From IMG/VR virus record IMGVR_UViG_3300031993_000008, positions 96,001-160,000 of that record: 64,000 nt of DNA; one strand, 5' to 3'. Position 1 is the stretch's first letter. Each line of letters opens with the position of its first letter. The notes under the pieces are model-generated. The model was given only the letters and a program-made list of their open reading frames with translations, did not search any database and was not told the origin of the DNA. This document shows positions 1-10,395 of the stretch, in pieces. This DNA is from a virus. Taxonomy: Duplodnaviria; Caudoviricetes. A program made the translations under genes and the position numbers.

Positions 1-5
1 CAAAT

Positions 6-1634
6 ATGGCTGAACTCATCTTCACATATATTGCCCATACAGCAGAGGAACTCAATATCAAGACTGCCCAGAATGTGGAGACAATATATGGTCTTGCACA
101 GATGACTGGACATGATGCTTATAGGGGTGGAAGTGCCTATGGTATGATGGCACTCAAGATAAATACATCTTCAGATCTTATTGAGGGTAATTATGTAACC
201 ATCAATAATTTCTCAAAGTTCACAATTGCTGAAACAGGATGTACATACTTTATAAATCTTCCAAGTGACTACATCAAACTCAATGTGGCTGCTGATGATT
301 TTGTGAATGTCAATTTTATCCAGGGTACTCCTGAAACACAGACATTTACATCTGATGGTACACCTCTCCAATCATTCAATCCTATTATAAAGTCAATGAC
401 AGACAATGATAATGTTGCTGTCACTGTAAACGGTAAGGAATGGAAGAGAGTTGACAGTCTTTATGATATGCCAGCAGATGATGGTTATGAAAGTTCAGAA
501 TGTTTCATTGCAAAGTCTTCAGTGAATGTCGGTCTTTCAATCTTCTTCGGAAATGGTGAGTTTGGTAAGATTCCACCTGCCGGTGCCACAATAGAAGTAA
601 CATATATCAAGACAGATGGTGCTACCGGAAACAGTACATCAGCAAGTCTGAATTATATGTTTGATGATTCAGGTATTGATGAGTATGGTAATGAGGTCAA
701 CCTTAATGACATACTCACAGTTGAAACCATTGTACCTCCTACACTGGGAAGTAATTTTGAAGACCCTGAATTTACAAAGATGGTTGCACCAAAGGCAAGT
801 AAGTCATTTGTTCTGGCAACCCCGGAGAACTATGTAAGTTACCTTTCAAAGTACAACCAGTATTCATTCATATATGCTTATAACACAAAGGATGATGCTA
901 ATGTGTATGATGACAATGTGATTTACCTTAAAATCATACCTAATGTCAAAAAGAAACTCTCAAACAGCCAGGACTTCTTTGAACTTCCTACAAAGGAATT
1001 CATATTGAGTGAGTATGAAAAGGCATCAATTATCAATGCTCTTGACAATTCAGGAAGGATGCTTGTAAACAGTGAGGTTGAAATTGTGGATCCTACTGTA
1101 AAGAAATATGTGATCAATATCATTGTAAGATACTTTGAAGACATTGATAAGGCTCAAATAAGAGCAAGTATCAGGTCTCTTCTCAACAAATACTATCTCA
1201 ACATCAACAGAAATGACATTGTTCCTCTCTCTGACATCATATCTCTTGTGGAGAGTGTGGATGGTGTTGACACCTGTGATGTATTCTTTGTAAATGAGGA
1301 AAATGAAAGGGCAATCCTGAATGGTTACTATTATACCAATGAGATGTCCTGGAATGGTCTTGAATATACAGAGAACCAGAAGAAAGTATATGTGAACTAT
1401 GATGAAGACCCAAGAATAGGTTTCGATGATTTCGGTAACCTGAAAGTAAATGAATATGAAGTCTTCATTCCAAAAGGTGGATGGAAGGACAGAGACGGAA
1501 ACTATTATACAGAAACACCGGAAGATGGTAAGCTTGGTCCTCTCAACATATTCTTCATAGATAAGGTTGACAGTTCATCATATAACCTTGCTATGCAGAG
1601 AAAACTCAATACACTCTTGAAAAATAACTCTTAA
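6..1634 (+). CDS. Baseplate wedge protein, T4 gp6-like (probably 5'-truncated by the window edge)
   Basis: IFFGNGEFGKIPPAGATIEVTYIKTDGATGN and APK...LATPENY motifs typical of gp6/baseplate J; C-terminal LSDIISLVESVDGV. Confidence 0.8.
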   Translation: MAELIFTYIAHTAEELNIKTAQNVETIYGLAQMTGHDAYRGGSAYGMMALKINTSSDLIEGNYVTINNFSKFTIAETGCTYFINLPSDYIKLNVAADDFVNVNFIQGTPETQTFTSDGTPLQSFNPIIKSMTDNDNVAVTVNGKEWKRVDSLYDMPADDGYESSECFIAKSSVNVGLSIFFGNGEFGKIPPAGATIEVTYIKTDGATGNSTSASLNYMFDDSGIDEYGNEVNLNDILTVETIVPPTLGSNFEDPEFTKMVAPKASKSFVLATPENYVSYLSKYNQYSFIYAYNTKDDANVYDDNVIYLKIIPNVKKKLSNSQDFFELPTKEFILSEYEKASIINALDNSGRMLVNSEVEIVDPTVKKYVINIIVRYFEDIDKAQIRASIRSLLNKYYLNINRNDIVPLSDIISLVESVDGVDTCDVFFVNEENERAILNGYYYTNEMSWNGLEYTENQKKVYVNYDEDPRIGFDDFGNLKVNEYEVFIPKGGWKDRDGNYYTETPEDGKLGPLNIFFIDKVDSSSYNLAMQRKLNTLLKNNS

Positions 1635-1637
1635 TAG

Positions 1638-1922
1638 ATGGATACCTCAAAGAATAATGACTTGAACATCCTTAAATATAAAGGATTTGATTCCATCTAT
1701 GATTCAATAAATGAAAGCAGATGGAAGACAAAGAATGAAGGTTACAAGTATGAAGATACACTGATGGAAGACAATACCAGTAAGTACCTTCAAAAGAACC
1801 CTACAATGAGACAGTTCTTTCCATATTTGAATAAGATTATGTCTCACCTCATCAACAGTGTAAAGTATTTGAGAAACTTCAATAACTATGCTGTAAGAAA
1901 AGACTACAAAAGAATTGACTAA
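1638..1922 (+). CDS. Small baseplate-associated hypothetical protein
   Basis: 94 aa, tightly coupled between wedge genes (TAATG overlap with next gene). Confidence 0.6.
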   Translation: MDTSKNNDLNILKYKGFDSIYDSINESRWKTKNEGYKYEDTLMEDNTSKYLQKNPTMRQFFPYLNKIMSHLINSVKYLRNFNNYAVRKDYKRID

Positions 1923-4315
1923 TGAATATAGACAATTTACATTTTTTTGATAGTAACGGTTACGAACTTAATTTTGAACAGAATTCTGATGGATTCTGGG
2001 AGGGTTCTATTTATCTTCCCAAGGTGAGTGTTGGTCTTTATACAAACACATCTATCTATGTCCTTGAAAAGTTAGACCCATCAGAGTTCTCATACTCAAA
2101 TGAATACTTCTCTGATGTAGTAAATCAAATAAACACATCAAAATTCAACAATGAGTATTTCTTCCCTATTGGTGATGGTAAGATAAAGTTCACCTGGGAT
2201 CCTCTCAATACATTTGTTGATGAGTTCTTTATGTTTGACTTTGATGAGTCATATACTCTCAAGGAAACATCATCACTCACATACACTCCAAATGATGGTC
2301 CTGAATGTAATACTCTTCTCATAAACACATTTGATACATATGAGATTCCTCTGGACAATACACTGAACTCAAAGGCACTTCCTATTCATATTGCATTTAT
2401 GGCAAATGAAAGGTATGATGCAACAACATACAACAGGACTCTCATAATGTCTTATAAAGGACAGACAGTAGCAAAAATTAAGTTCTATACAGAAACTGTT
2501 GAAGAGGATGAGAGATTGAAGATATGGAATGCTAACCTGGGTTACAACATTACTCCTGAGGATGAGATGTTGTTCTACAAGAGTGACATCAAGGAATATA
2601 AACCCGATTACATACTTCTCAATGAAAAGAGAAAGGAACTTATGATGGAGGGTAGTAATATCTATCCTTATATTGGTTCATACAAGGCCATAATAAATGC
2701 CATCAAGTTCTTTGGATACAACAACCTCAACATCATTGAATACTGGAGGAATGTGAATCCGGATGATGAAAACTTTGGTAAGATATATCACAGTTCAAAA
2801 TACAGTCTCACAAACAAGGAGACATTAAGAATTGGTGCAAGAACAATCACACTTCCTAATAAGGATTACAAGAAGATAAATTCTCTTGCTCTTGTATATT
2901 CCATCAACAAACCTTTGAAAGAGAGGAATGAGATGGATCTCCCTCTTGTAAAGGAACAATTCACATACACCATTGAAGAGGCACTCATAAAACTCTTTGG
3001 ATTAAGGAAGAAACTCAATAAGGAGTTTATGCCTGGCACCAGTAGAATCATTGATATTATTGGTGAGGCAAATTATTTTGTTTCATATGGTATAACAAAA
3101 ATACACAACTCATCATGTATTCTTCCATCTGAAAAAAGATATACTGCTGATTTTGAAGTTACACCAGGTAAATACTTACATATAACAGGTGATGACGAAC
3201 AGGAGGAATATTATGCATATGTAACTATAAAGAATACATCATTTGATCCTGTCACATTTGAAAACTGTGAGTTGAAATTCAATTGTATAGACAACCCTTT
3301 GTGTCTTCTTAATTCAGAATCATCAGAGATCAAGATGGGTGATAATAGTTTATCATTTGGAAATATTGACCAATTAGGTAAACCTGAATCAATAACATGG
3401 GATATTAAAATGTCTGATGACCAACTGGATGAAGACTTGATAAAGGTTGATATTGAAAAGTATTATAAAAAAGATTCATTTGCTCCACACAGTTCTTTTG
3501 ATTATGGTTCACAGGGTTATACTGAAAGAACATTTGAACTTCCATTTATTGGTTATTATGATGTAACTTTAACACTTAATTATAGTAATCTTCCAGAGCC
3601 AATAAAAAAGACAAAGAAAAAGTGTATAAAAGTTGAACCATATAATATCAGTCTTCTTGGTTTCTATTATGATGCAAGAAATCTTCCTGAATCATTAAAA
3701 TATGATATGGATGATAAATTAAGAAATTTCATTCAAGAACATATAAATTATCTGACAGATAATGCAAAAGATGAAAGACCTGAAAATAATACAGAATCTC
3801 AATTTTCAATGCCTAAAGGTACTAACCCTGGTCCATACTTCAATGACAACATTGATAATAACTGGATTATTTCAGATAATATCAATTTTGATATTGCACA
3901 ACTAAAACCAATTGTTGATTATACAAGATATATCAAGAATGGTGTTGATGTAAAACCATTTACATGGTTTTTACTCACATATGACTATGGAAAAATAGTA
4001 GGTGTTAAGGATGAGGATAGAGTATGGACTATAATCAATAATTCAGCAGAAGAAGGTGATACAAAAACCTGGACTTGGACAGGTCAATATTTGACATTCT
4101 TACTTAAGAAGGAAGGAAACTATACAATCAAACTAACTCTTACAGATAAGAATGGTAATGTATATGAAGTATCCAGAAATATCATTGTTGTAAGTAAATC
4201 AGCGGATTATAAGTTATATCAGACATTCAAGAGAGAATATGATTATATGATTCAGCAGGATGAATTAAATGCTCTCAATGAATATTATTTGATTGATAGA
4301 GAAGAAACTGAATAA
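1922..4315 (+). CDS. Baseplate wedge protein, gp7/tail-protein-I-like, with C-terminal Ig/PKD-like region
   Basis: IGSYKAIINAIKFFGY..IIEYW motif; GYYDVTLTL and GNYTIKLTLTD PKD-like strands; follows gp6. Confidence 0.6.
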   Translation: MNIDNLHFFDSNGYELNFEQNSDGFWEGSIYLPKVSVGLYTNTSIYVLEKLDPSEFSYSNEYFSDVVNQINTSKFNNEYFFPIGDGKIKFTWDPLNTFVDEFFMFDFDESYTLKETSSLTYTPNDGPECNTLLINTFDTYEIPLDNTLNSKALPIHIAFMANERYDATTYNRTLIMSYKGQTVAKIKFYTETVEEDERLKIWNANLGYNITPEDEMLFYKSDIKEYKPDYILLNEKRKELMMEGSNIYPYIGSYKAIINAIKFFGYNNLNIIEYWRNVNPDDENFGKIYHSSKYSLTNKETLRIGARTITLPNKDYKKINSLALVYSINKPLKERNEMDLPLVKEQFTYTIEEALIKLFGLRKKLNKEFMPGTSRIIDIIGEANYFVSYGITKIHNSSCILPSEKRYTADFEVTPGKYLHITGDDEQEEYYAYVTIKNTSFDPVTFENCELKFNCIDNPLCLLNSESSEIKMGDNSLSFGNIDQLGKPESITWDIKMSDDQLDEDLIKVDIEKYYKKDSFAPHSSFDYGSQGYTERTFELPFIGYYDVTLTLNYSNLPEPIKKTKKKCIKVEPYNISLLGFYYDARNLPESLKYDMDDKLRNFIQEHINYLTDNAKDERPENNTESQFSMPKGTNPGPYFNDNIDNNWIISDNINFDIAQLKPIVDYTRYIKNGVDVKPFTWFLLTYDYGKIVGVKDEDRVWTIINNSAEEGDTKTWTWTGQYLTFLLKKEGNYTIKLTLTDKNGNVYEVSRNIIVVSKSADYKLYQTFKREYDYMIQQDELNALNEYYLIDREETE

Positions 4316-4322
4316 CTTTTAT

Positions 4323-4330
4323 CATAAATA
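4323..4330 (+). promoter_or_regulatory. Late promoter CATAAATA (representative; about 16 copies, see findings)
   Basis: T4 TATAAATA-like motif just upstream of virion genes. Confidence 0.7.
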
Positions 4331-4361
4331 TATTATAATACATTCATAAAACAAATTGATT

Positions 4362-5381
4362 ATGGAAGAAAACAAAAAAGACATTGTTGAACCTGTAGTT
4401 GAATCAACATCAGAAGACAATGCTACACCTGTAGTTGAATCAACACAGGAGAAAGATCAAGATGAAAATGAAACAGTTGATAATAACACTGAAACAGATC
4501 CAGAACCTGTTACAACAGATGAACCAACTCCAGAACCAGAACCAGTAGCAGAACCCACTGAACCAGAATCTGGTGTTGAACCAGTAGAACCTGTGGCAGA
4601 ACCAGTAGTAGAACCTGTGGCAGAACCAGTGGGAACTGAACCAATAGTTTCAGAACCTGTTGTTACTGAACCTATCACAACTGACCCTGTTGTTACTGAT
4701 CCCATTGTAACAGACCCTATTGTTACTGATGTACCAGTAGAAGACCCAACACTTGCAACAACTGATGAGGTTATTCCTGCACCTGTTGATGTTCCTGCTG
4801 AACAGACAGTAACTGATGACCCTGCAACAATAATTCCAGCAGAACCTGCACCTGTTGATGTACCAGGTGAAACCGTTGGTGCAGATGCAGCATGTGCTGA
4901 TGGTTCATGTTCTGATTGTGGTTCAGATGCTTGTGTATGTTCACCAGAATCACCTGTAACTGTTGCTCATCTGTTTGGTACACTTCAGGAGTGTGTAACT
5001 ATTATCTGGAGATTCCATCTTAAGACAAGAAAACATCATGTTCATGTTGACCTTGCTGATTTCTATGAGAGTGCTCTTGATAAGATTGACAACATCATTG
5101 AACAATACCAGGGTATCTGTGGTATAATTGAGGATCCTTTCGTTAACTGTATTGTAGGTGATGGTAAGGATGAGATTTCCTATCTCCAGGAACTTAAGGC
5201 ATTTGTTGAAAAAAATAAGTGTATTATTGGTGGCAGCTGTGAAATCAATTCTGCAATAGATGAGTTCCTTGGTCTTATTGACACAACCCTTTATAAACTC
5301 ACATCATTTACAGAGAGTGCAGTAAAGTCATTTGAAGAGTTCATATATGAGGACTATAATGAACAGTCAGAAGAAGAGTAA
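4362..5381 (+). CDS. Pro/Glu/Thr-repeat protein with Cys cluster and C-terminal ferritin/Dps-like (DUF5856-like) domain
   Basis: EPVAEP/VTDPI repeats; CxxxxCxxCxxxxCxC; WRFHLKT..HVDLADFYE..DNIIEQYQG helix-bundle pattern; ATG at 4362 after a late promoter. Confidence 0.6.
   Translation: MEENKKDIVEPVVESTSEDNATPVVESTQEKDQDENETVDNNTETDPEPVTTDEPTPEPEPVAEPTEPESGVEPVEPVAEPVVEPVAEPVGTEPIVSEPVVTEPITTDPVVTDPIVTDPIVTDVPVEDPTLATTDEVIPAPVDVPAEQTVTDDPATIIPAEPAPVDVPGETVGADAACADGSCSDCGSDACVCSPESPVTVAHLFGTLQECVTIIWRFHLKTRKHHVHVDLADFYESALDKIDNIIEQYQGICGIIEDPFVNCIVGDGKDEISYLQELKAFVEKNKCIIGGSCEINSAIDEFLGLIDTTLYKLTSFTESAVKSFEEFIYEDYNEQSEEE
4500..4870 (+). repeat. Intragenic 12-15 nt low-complexity repeats (EPVA/EPVV, VTDPI)
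   Basis: gaacctgtggcagaaccagt twice; gttactga(t/c)cc.att units. Confidence 0.8.
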
Positions 5382-5399
5382 ATCAAATACCTGATAAAC

Positions 5400-5434
5400 A
5401 AAAAGAGAGAACTTGATGTTCTCTCTTTTTTTTT
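5400..5434. terminator. Bidirectional intrinsic terminator
   Basis: aaaaagagagaac-ttgat-gttctctcttttt between convergent genes. Confidence 0.85.
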
Positions 5435-6005
5435 ATACCTTTGCTGGTTCCAGGATCACATTCACCTTGTTTGCTCTCCAATTGGTTGTCACCACCTTTT
5501 GGTCAACCTCATTTGAACTGAAATCAAATTCAAGACCACTTACACCTGTAAATAGAAGGTCATCAAATGTAATCCTGTATAATGAACGGTTATAACAGTC
5601 CAGGATTTCCATACCTGGTGTTGCTGGAATAAACTTTGGATCTGGTTCTGCTGTATAGTAATACATAAAGAGGTCTGTCAGCATTGACCATATTATATAT
5701 GCTGAATCCAACTGAAAGGTAATGGTCATAGATTTCTTCCATAAGAAGTCTGGAAAGAAGTCAGACCTTTTCAATCTTCCATAAGGAGTTCCTCTATCCA
5801 CCTGTTCAATAGGATCATATTCAGCAGGGTTCACTTCAAGTTCAACAGACTTGATACTGTAATTGAGGAAATCAACAACTGTGGTACACATATTTCCCGG
5901 TATCCTGTTAAGGATTGGAGAATACTTATCCTCTATCTCCTTTGGAACAAACACCTTTGGAAAATTAAACTTGAAGTTATTATTTTTTCCGCTTAAAAAA
6001 GCCAT
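5433..6005 (-). CDS. Tail tube/tail completion protein (T4 gp19/gp3-like)
   Basis: ITFQLDS..IW..L; EILD..N...RITFDDL...VSGLEFD pattern; late promoter at 6030. Confidence 0.55.
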   Translation of the reverse strand: MAFLSGKNNNFKFNFPKVFVPKEIEDKYSPILNRIPGNMCTTVVDFLNYSIKSVELEVNPAEYDPIEQVDRGTPYGRLKRSDFFPDFLWKKSMTITFQLDSAYIIWSMLTDLFMYYYTAEPDPKFIPATPGMEILDCYNRSLYRITFDDLLFTGVSGLEFDFSSNEVDQKVVTTNWRANKVNVILEPAKV

Positions 6006-6091
6006 ACAATATTCAGATGATATATATTGTATTTATGAAAAAAGTGGTCATTCCAAAAGGAACAACCACTTATTCTTTTATAAATCAGTAT

Positions 6092-7264
6092 TTAAGAAAT
6101 CTTCAATCTGACTGTCTTCTTGACCACATCCACATTTTCAACCGGAAGTTCTACTTCCTGACCTACTGTGAGTTTGTCAATCTCAACAACCTTTGATGAG
6201 AGGAAGAATGTGATTCCATTGAACTCCTCAGAGAGGATAACCACACCATTGTCAAAGATGTTCTTTACAACACCCTTCAACTTATAGTCAGGTATCTTCT
6301 CAATGGTCTCCTTCAACTTATCCCAACCCTCTGACTTACTTACAGTCTGGGTGATGATAACCTTCTCATCACTAATACTGTCAATGTAGAAGTCAATAGA
6401 ATCACCAACCTTAAGTTGACCACTCTTGAACTTGGCTTCTGTTATCTCATTCATTTCTGATACAGAAAGTAAAGTAGCAACACACTTGTCAATAAGGATG
6501 AATACACCGAAATGCTTGATAGATGAAACAACACCGGTAACAACACTACCCTTGTCAAGGTTGATGAGTCTGTCAAGAACACCAGGTTTGAGAGTATTGA
6601 GATATTCCTTGTGTGATACAATGATACTGTCCTTAATCTGATTGACAGGCATTACAAACAGTTCTTTATTAAGGAGATCATTGAAATTGTTGAGTGGAAC
6701 AATATCTGACTCTGTACCAGGCATAAAACACCTGACACCCTTGATGTCAACAATGAATCCATTGAATACATTTGCATTATTGTACACAATCTCCTTCACA
6801 AGACCCAGATATGCTGATGTAGGAGTCTGGATTTCACTTATAAGTTCCTGTTTCAGTCTCTCTACCTGTGCTGCCTTTGAAGAGGCATCAGCATTGAGAT
6901 GACCTCTGTTCTTTGTTACAACAACATCAATCTTGTCACCTACATTAACCTTCTCATTGGCATTTATCTCAACAAATACTGAATGCTTCTGTGAAAGAGC
7001 AATATCAGCTGTTGATTTTTCCTCATCATATCTGGAAATCTCACCCCTTCTGACATCTTTAAACTTACCAAGTCTCTCATATTCAACAATAGCATCCAGA
7101 ACATCACCGGAGCATGACTGTGAATATTTCTTCATTGCCTCAACTACATAAGGCTTGTTACAAAGGATTCTTTCACCTTTGTGTACAGGAATTTCAACAA
7201 CTTGGGAATTCAGGGGATCTGATTCAGAAAAGATTTCAATTCTTTGAGTTAAAATATCACTCAT
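6092..7264 (-). CDS. rpsA: Ribosomal protein S1-like, multiple S1 domains
   Basis: NGFIVDIKGVRCFMPGT, IIVSHK, GSVVTGVVSSIKHFGVFILI, LLSVSEM, VENVDVVKKTVRL; likely ATG at 7264 (track start 7273). Confidence 0.75.
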   Translation of the reverse strand: MSDILTQRIEIFSESDPLNSQVVEIPVHKGERILCNKPYVVEAMKKYSQSCSGDVLDAIVEYERLGKFKDVRRGEISRYDEEKSTADIALSQKHSVFVEINANEKVNVGDKIDVVVTKNRGHLNADASSKAAQVERLKQELISEIQTPTSAYLGLVKEIVYNNANVFNGFIVDIKGVRCFMPGTESDIVPLNNFNDLLNKELFVMPVNQIKDSIIVSHKEYLNTLKPGVLDRLINLDKGSVVTGVVSSIKHFGVFILIDKCVATLLSVSEMNEITEAKFKSGQLKVGDSIDFYIDSISDEKVIITQTVSKSEGWDKLKETIEKIPDYKLKGVVKNIFDNGVVILSEEFNGITFFLSSKVVEIDKLTVGQEVELPVENVDVVKKTVRLKIS

Positions 7265-7377
7265 TATAATCAATATTAAAGTTCCAGAACGGAACAGTTA
7301 AACAATACAAAGTATTTATGAAAAATATTAAATAGTTTTCAGGATACCTTATAATATCCTGAAAACCATCAACTTAT

Positions 7378-8205
7378 TTATTCATCAACCTCTGGTGCTA
7401 CCTCTTCCTGGGTTGAAGGTTTTATCTCATCTTCAGGAATATCATTCTCACTGCGGTTGAACTCTTCCTCAACAGCATTGAGGTCTGCACCCAACTGACG
7501 GGTTGTAGCATTATCCTTCTGAATCTGACGGACAGCATTTGAAACTGACTGACCACAGTTTGCCCAACACTCAAGGAAAGTACGGGCTTCATAGAATCCC
7601 TTACCATTGAAGTCTTCCATAATACATCTCCAGAGACTCAACACACTTGCTGAACGGAGGATGATTACATTATCAAACTCCTTACTATTAACCCATGCCT
7701 TATTCTCCTCCATATTGCGGACCAGGACCATAAGGTTGACAGCACTCTTTGCAGTGAATGACACATTATGGTACAGATACTCAAGGAGCTGCTTGAACAC
7801 CTTCTTACCCTTTGCAGGATTGATGGGTTCACCCTCCTTCTCTGGTTTTGGAGCAACCTCAATATGATACTCCTTGATGGTATCATTTCTGTATGCCTCC
7901 TCAAACTTCTTTGCCAACTCATCAAGAATGGGCTTGAGTTCAGACTGCTTGTATGAGAGTTCAGCAATCTTCTTTTCTGTCTCTTCTATTCTTGCATTGG
8001 TGGAATCAACATGACCCTTCTGAAGTTCATACTCCTTTGAACCTACACCGAATACAGTCTCTGCATTCTTCAGGTCTTTCTGATGACCAATCAACTCTTC
8101 CTTGATTGACTCAAGTTCAGTGCGGGTCTTCTGTAACTCTTCCACTCTCTTTACTGCATCAGCAATCTGCTCATCAGTAACAACTACTTTTACTTCTTCT
8201 GCCAT
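7378..8205 (-). CDS. Coiled-coil hypothetical protein, likely highly expressed
   Basis: 275 aa, strong codon bias (CGT/CGC Arg), class II promoter at 8240. Confidence 0.7.
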   Translation of the reverse strand: MAEEVKVVVTDEQIADAVKRVEELQKTRTELESIKEELIGHQKDLKNAETVFGVGSKEYELQKGHVDSTNARIEETEKKIAELSYKQSELKPILDELAKKFEEAYRNDTIKEYHIEVAPKPEKEGEPINPAKGKKVFKQLLEYLYHNVSFTAKSAVNLMVLVRNMEENKAWVNSKEFDNVIILRSASVLSLWRCIMEDFNGKGFYEARTFLECWANCGQSVSNAVRQIQKDNATTRQLGADLNAVEEEFNRSENDIPEDEIKPSTQEEVAPEVDE

Positions 8206-8252
8206 TTTATTATTATTAAATATTAGAAATCCTTTACACTAAAAATAACAAA

Positions 8253-8504
8253 TTATAATGATTTTATTAAAGACTCCTTGTCACTAAACAATTCATTATT
8301 TTTACAACTAACAATTGTCTCAGTATTGAGATATTTGCTTTCTTTAATAGCAACATCAAATTTCTCTACTGTGACAACAGTTTCATGGTCTATATTACTT
8401 ATATATTTTCTATACCACATATTCTTAATGTGTCCGCATTCAATATGGTTCTCATACATGATCCATACCTTTTCTCCAATGCTTCTTTTAAATGTCACCT
8501 TCAT
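8253..8504 (-). CDS. Small hypothetical protein, paralog of 8506-8715
   Basis: IGEKVWIMYEN...LFSDKESLIKSL. Confidence 0.7.
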   Translation of the reverse strand: MKVTFKRSIGEKVWIMYENHIECGHIKNMWYRKYISNIDHETVVTVEKFDVAIKESKYLNTETIVSCKNNELFSDKESLIKSL

Positions 8505-8505
8505 A

Positions 8506-8715
8506 TTACAATGATTTTAATAATTCTTCTTTTGTTGGAAACAATCTATCCTCATAATATTTTTCAGATACATAATCCAACTCATAATAAATGCTGACAG
8601 CCTTATTCTTATCTATATTGACATCATACATAGTCACGGTCTTTTCAACAGCCTTGTTTTCGTAAATGAGCCAAACCCTGTCACCAATATTAAATTTTAT
8701 ATTTACATCACACAT
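8506..8715 (-). CDS. Small hypothetical protein, paralog of 8253-8504
   Basis: IGDRVWLIYEN...LFPTKEELLKSL. Confidence 0.7.
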   Translation of the reverse strand: MCDVNIKFNIGDRVWLIYENKAVEKTVTMYDVNIDKNKAVSIYYELDYVSEKYYEDRLFPTKEELLKSL

Positions 8716-8717
8716 AA

Positions 8718-9188
8718 TTAAAACAATGATTTTTCTGATTCATTTTCTGTTTCACTGGTATCATTTTTAACCAATGTCTTTTCCTTATTATTAAAAAAAT
8801 TAGATTTTATCAGTTTGAGTGCATTATCTACCTCATCCTTATTGATGGCATATGCCTCTTCAACTTCCCTGATACCACACTCATTGATTTCCATATACTT
8901 ATTAAGGACATCATCTTCATAATATGTCCTGATGGTCTCCTTCTTCTTTTTCTGGTCAATCCTGGTCTTCAAGAAATCAGGGATACCACTATATCTCATA
9001 GCAAGCATTGCAACAATTTCAGAAGACATCAGAGGATCAGTATCCAGTCTGTTGATAAGTTCACACTGAATTGGGAATTGTGCAGAGAAAAGTCTTCTCA
9101 ACATATAGGAATGTTTTCTCTTGTCATCCTTGGATACTGCACCGGAATTACGGTTACAATAACAATTCAATACTTCAAACAACTGCAT
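8718..9188 (-). CDS. Hypothetical protein, possibly clamp-loader small subunit (gp62-like)
   Basis: YMLRRLFSAQFP..CELINR and size resemble gp62; replication context; weak. Confidence 0.35.
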   Translation of the reverse strand: MQLFEVLNCYCNRNSGAVSKDDKRKHSYMLRRLFSAQFPIQCELINRLDTDPLMSSEIVAMLAMRYSGIPDFLKTRIDQKKKKETIRTYYEDDVLNKYMEINECGIREVEEAYAINKDEVDNALKLIKSNFFNNKEKTLVKNDTSETENESEKSLF

Positions 9189-9190
9189 AC

Positions 9191-10375
9191 TTATCCTTTA
9201 ATAAAACTCATATCATCATCGTCCTTGATTCCCTTCATCACATTACTCCTCATCTGGATACTGGTCTTGTAATCCTTGAACCTTGACTTGGAGAAGATAG
9301 TTTCCTTTGTAATCTTTGAAAGGATTGCCGGATTCTTTGCATTTTCAATCTCAATATCAGTTCCCATATTGGTGATGACATCTTCAGGAATACTCTCATC
9401 TGTCAATGATACAAGAGAGGTATTGGTCTTTATGTTCTCAAACAACATCCTCCTGGTGAACTCCTCATCATTTATCTTGGCAACATCATAAATGACATTA
9501 CACAAGAGTTTAATAGTATCCTCCTGTCCATAGATGTGGTAATCAAACTCACAACCCAGTTTATCCTTGAACTGGTCATATATCTTCTCAACAGTCTTGG
9601 GACCAAGACCCTTTGCCCTGGTTTCCTCTGTTGCTGCCTTGTAATATACAGGGAATATGTTGTCTGATGTATCACCACCGACAATCTTCATAAACCTCAC
9701 CTTCTCCGGATCCACCACTTCAATGTTCACTCCTTCAACAAATCTCTCGAATGGGTCATTCTCAATTGAGATTGTGAAATACTCATTGAACAGATTCTCC
9801 TGGGTGATCTGCCTGTTACTCAACTTCTTTATCTCCTTGTCTGATGTTTCAGACACCCAAAGTTTATTATTCACAGGACCATACTGAATGATATGTACAC
9901 CATTAACACACTTCACCAACTGGTTAAGATCCCTGTCAGTGGAAAGTATGAGACTTGACTTACCTTCATTGAAAAGATATTCACTCCATGCATAAATCAA
10001 ATCATCACCCTCACTTCTTTCAACCTGACTCACCTTCACACCAACAGACCTCAATGTGTCAGCAAAATTGGATATGACTTTGTTGAAATTATTCTTGTCT
10101 ATGTCTTCCTGAACTTTCTTCCTGTTACCTTTATACTCCTGCTGAAGAAGAAGATCCTTTCTCCAGGAATGACTGTCCATAATAAACACAACATCATTGA
10201 TGATTGGATTCACCTGTTTGATAACAGAACAGAAATCAACCATCAACTTCTTTTCAAAGGTATCCATATCCTTCTGTGTAGAGAGAACCTTTGACTTACC
10301 TCCCTGACGGAAAGTAGACCAAAGACTTCTGAAGAAGAAGTTATGTCCGTCTATAATTAATGTAAATCTTTTCAT
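9191..10375 (-). CDS. rnh: 5'-3' exonuclease / T4 RNase H-like (FEN family)
   Basis: LIIDGHN, YKGNR, EGDDLI, STDRDLNQL, GGDTSDNI motifs; ATG 10375 follows a class II promoter. Confidence 0.88.
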   Translation of the reverse strand: MKRFTLIIDGHNFFFRSLWSTFRQGGKSKVLSTQKDMDTFEKKLMVDFCSVIKQVNPIINDVVFIMDSHSWRKDLLLQQEYKGNRKKVQEDIDKNNFNKVISNFADTLRSVGVKVSQVERSEGDDLIYAWSEYLFNEGKSSLILSTDRDLNQLVKCVNGVHIIQYGPVNNKLWVSETSDKEIKKLSNRQITQENLFNEYFTISIENDPFERFVEGVNIEVVDPEKVRFMKIVGGDTSDNIFPVYYKAATEETRAKGLGPKTVEKIYDQFKDKLGCEFDYHIYGQEDTIKLLCNVIYDVAKINDEEFTRRMLFENIKTNTSLVSLTDESIPEDVITNMGTDIEIENAKNPAILSKITKETIFSKSRFKDYKTSIQMRSNVMKGIKDDDDMSFIKG

Positions 10376-10395
10376 ACAATATAAATATAACAAAA

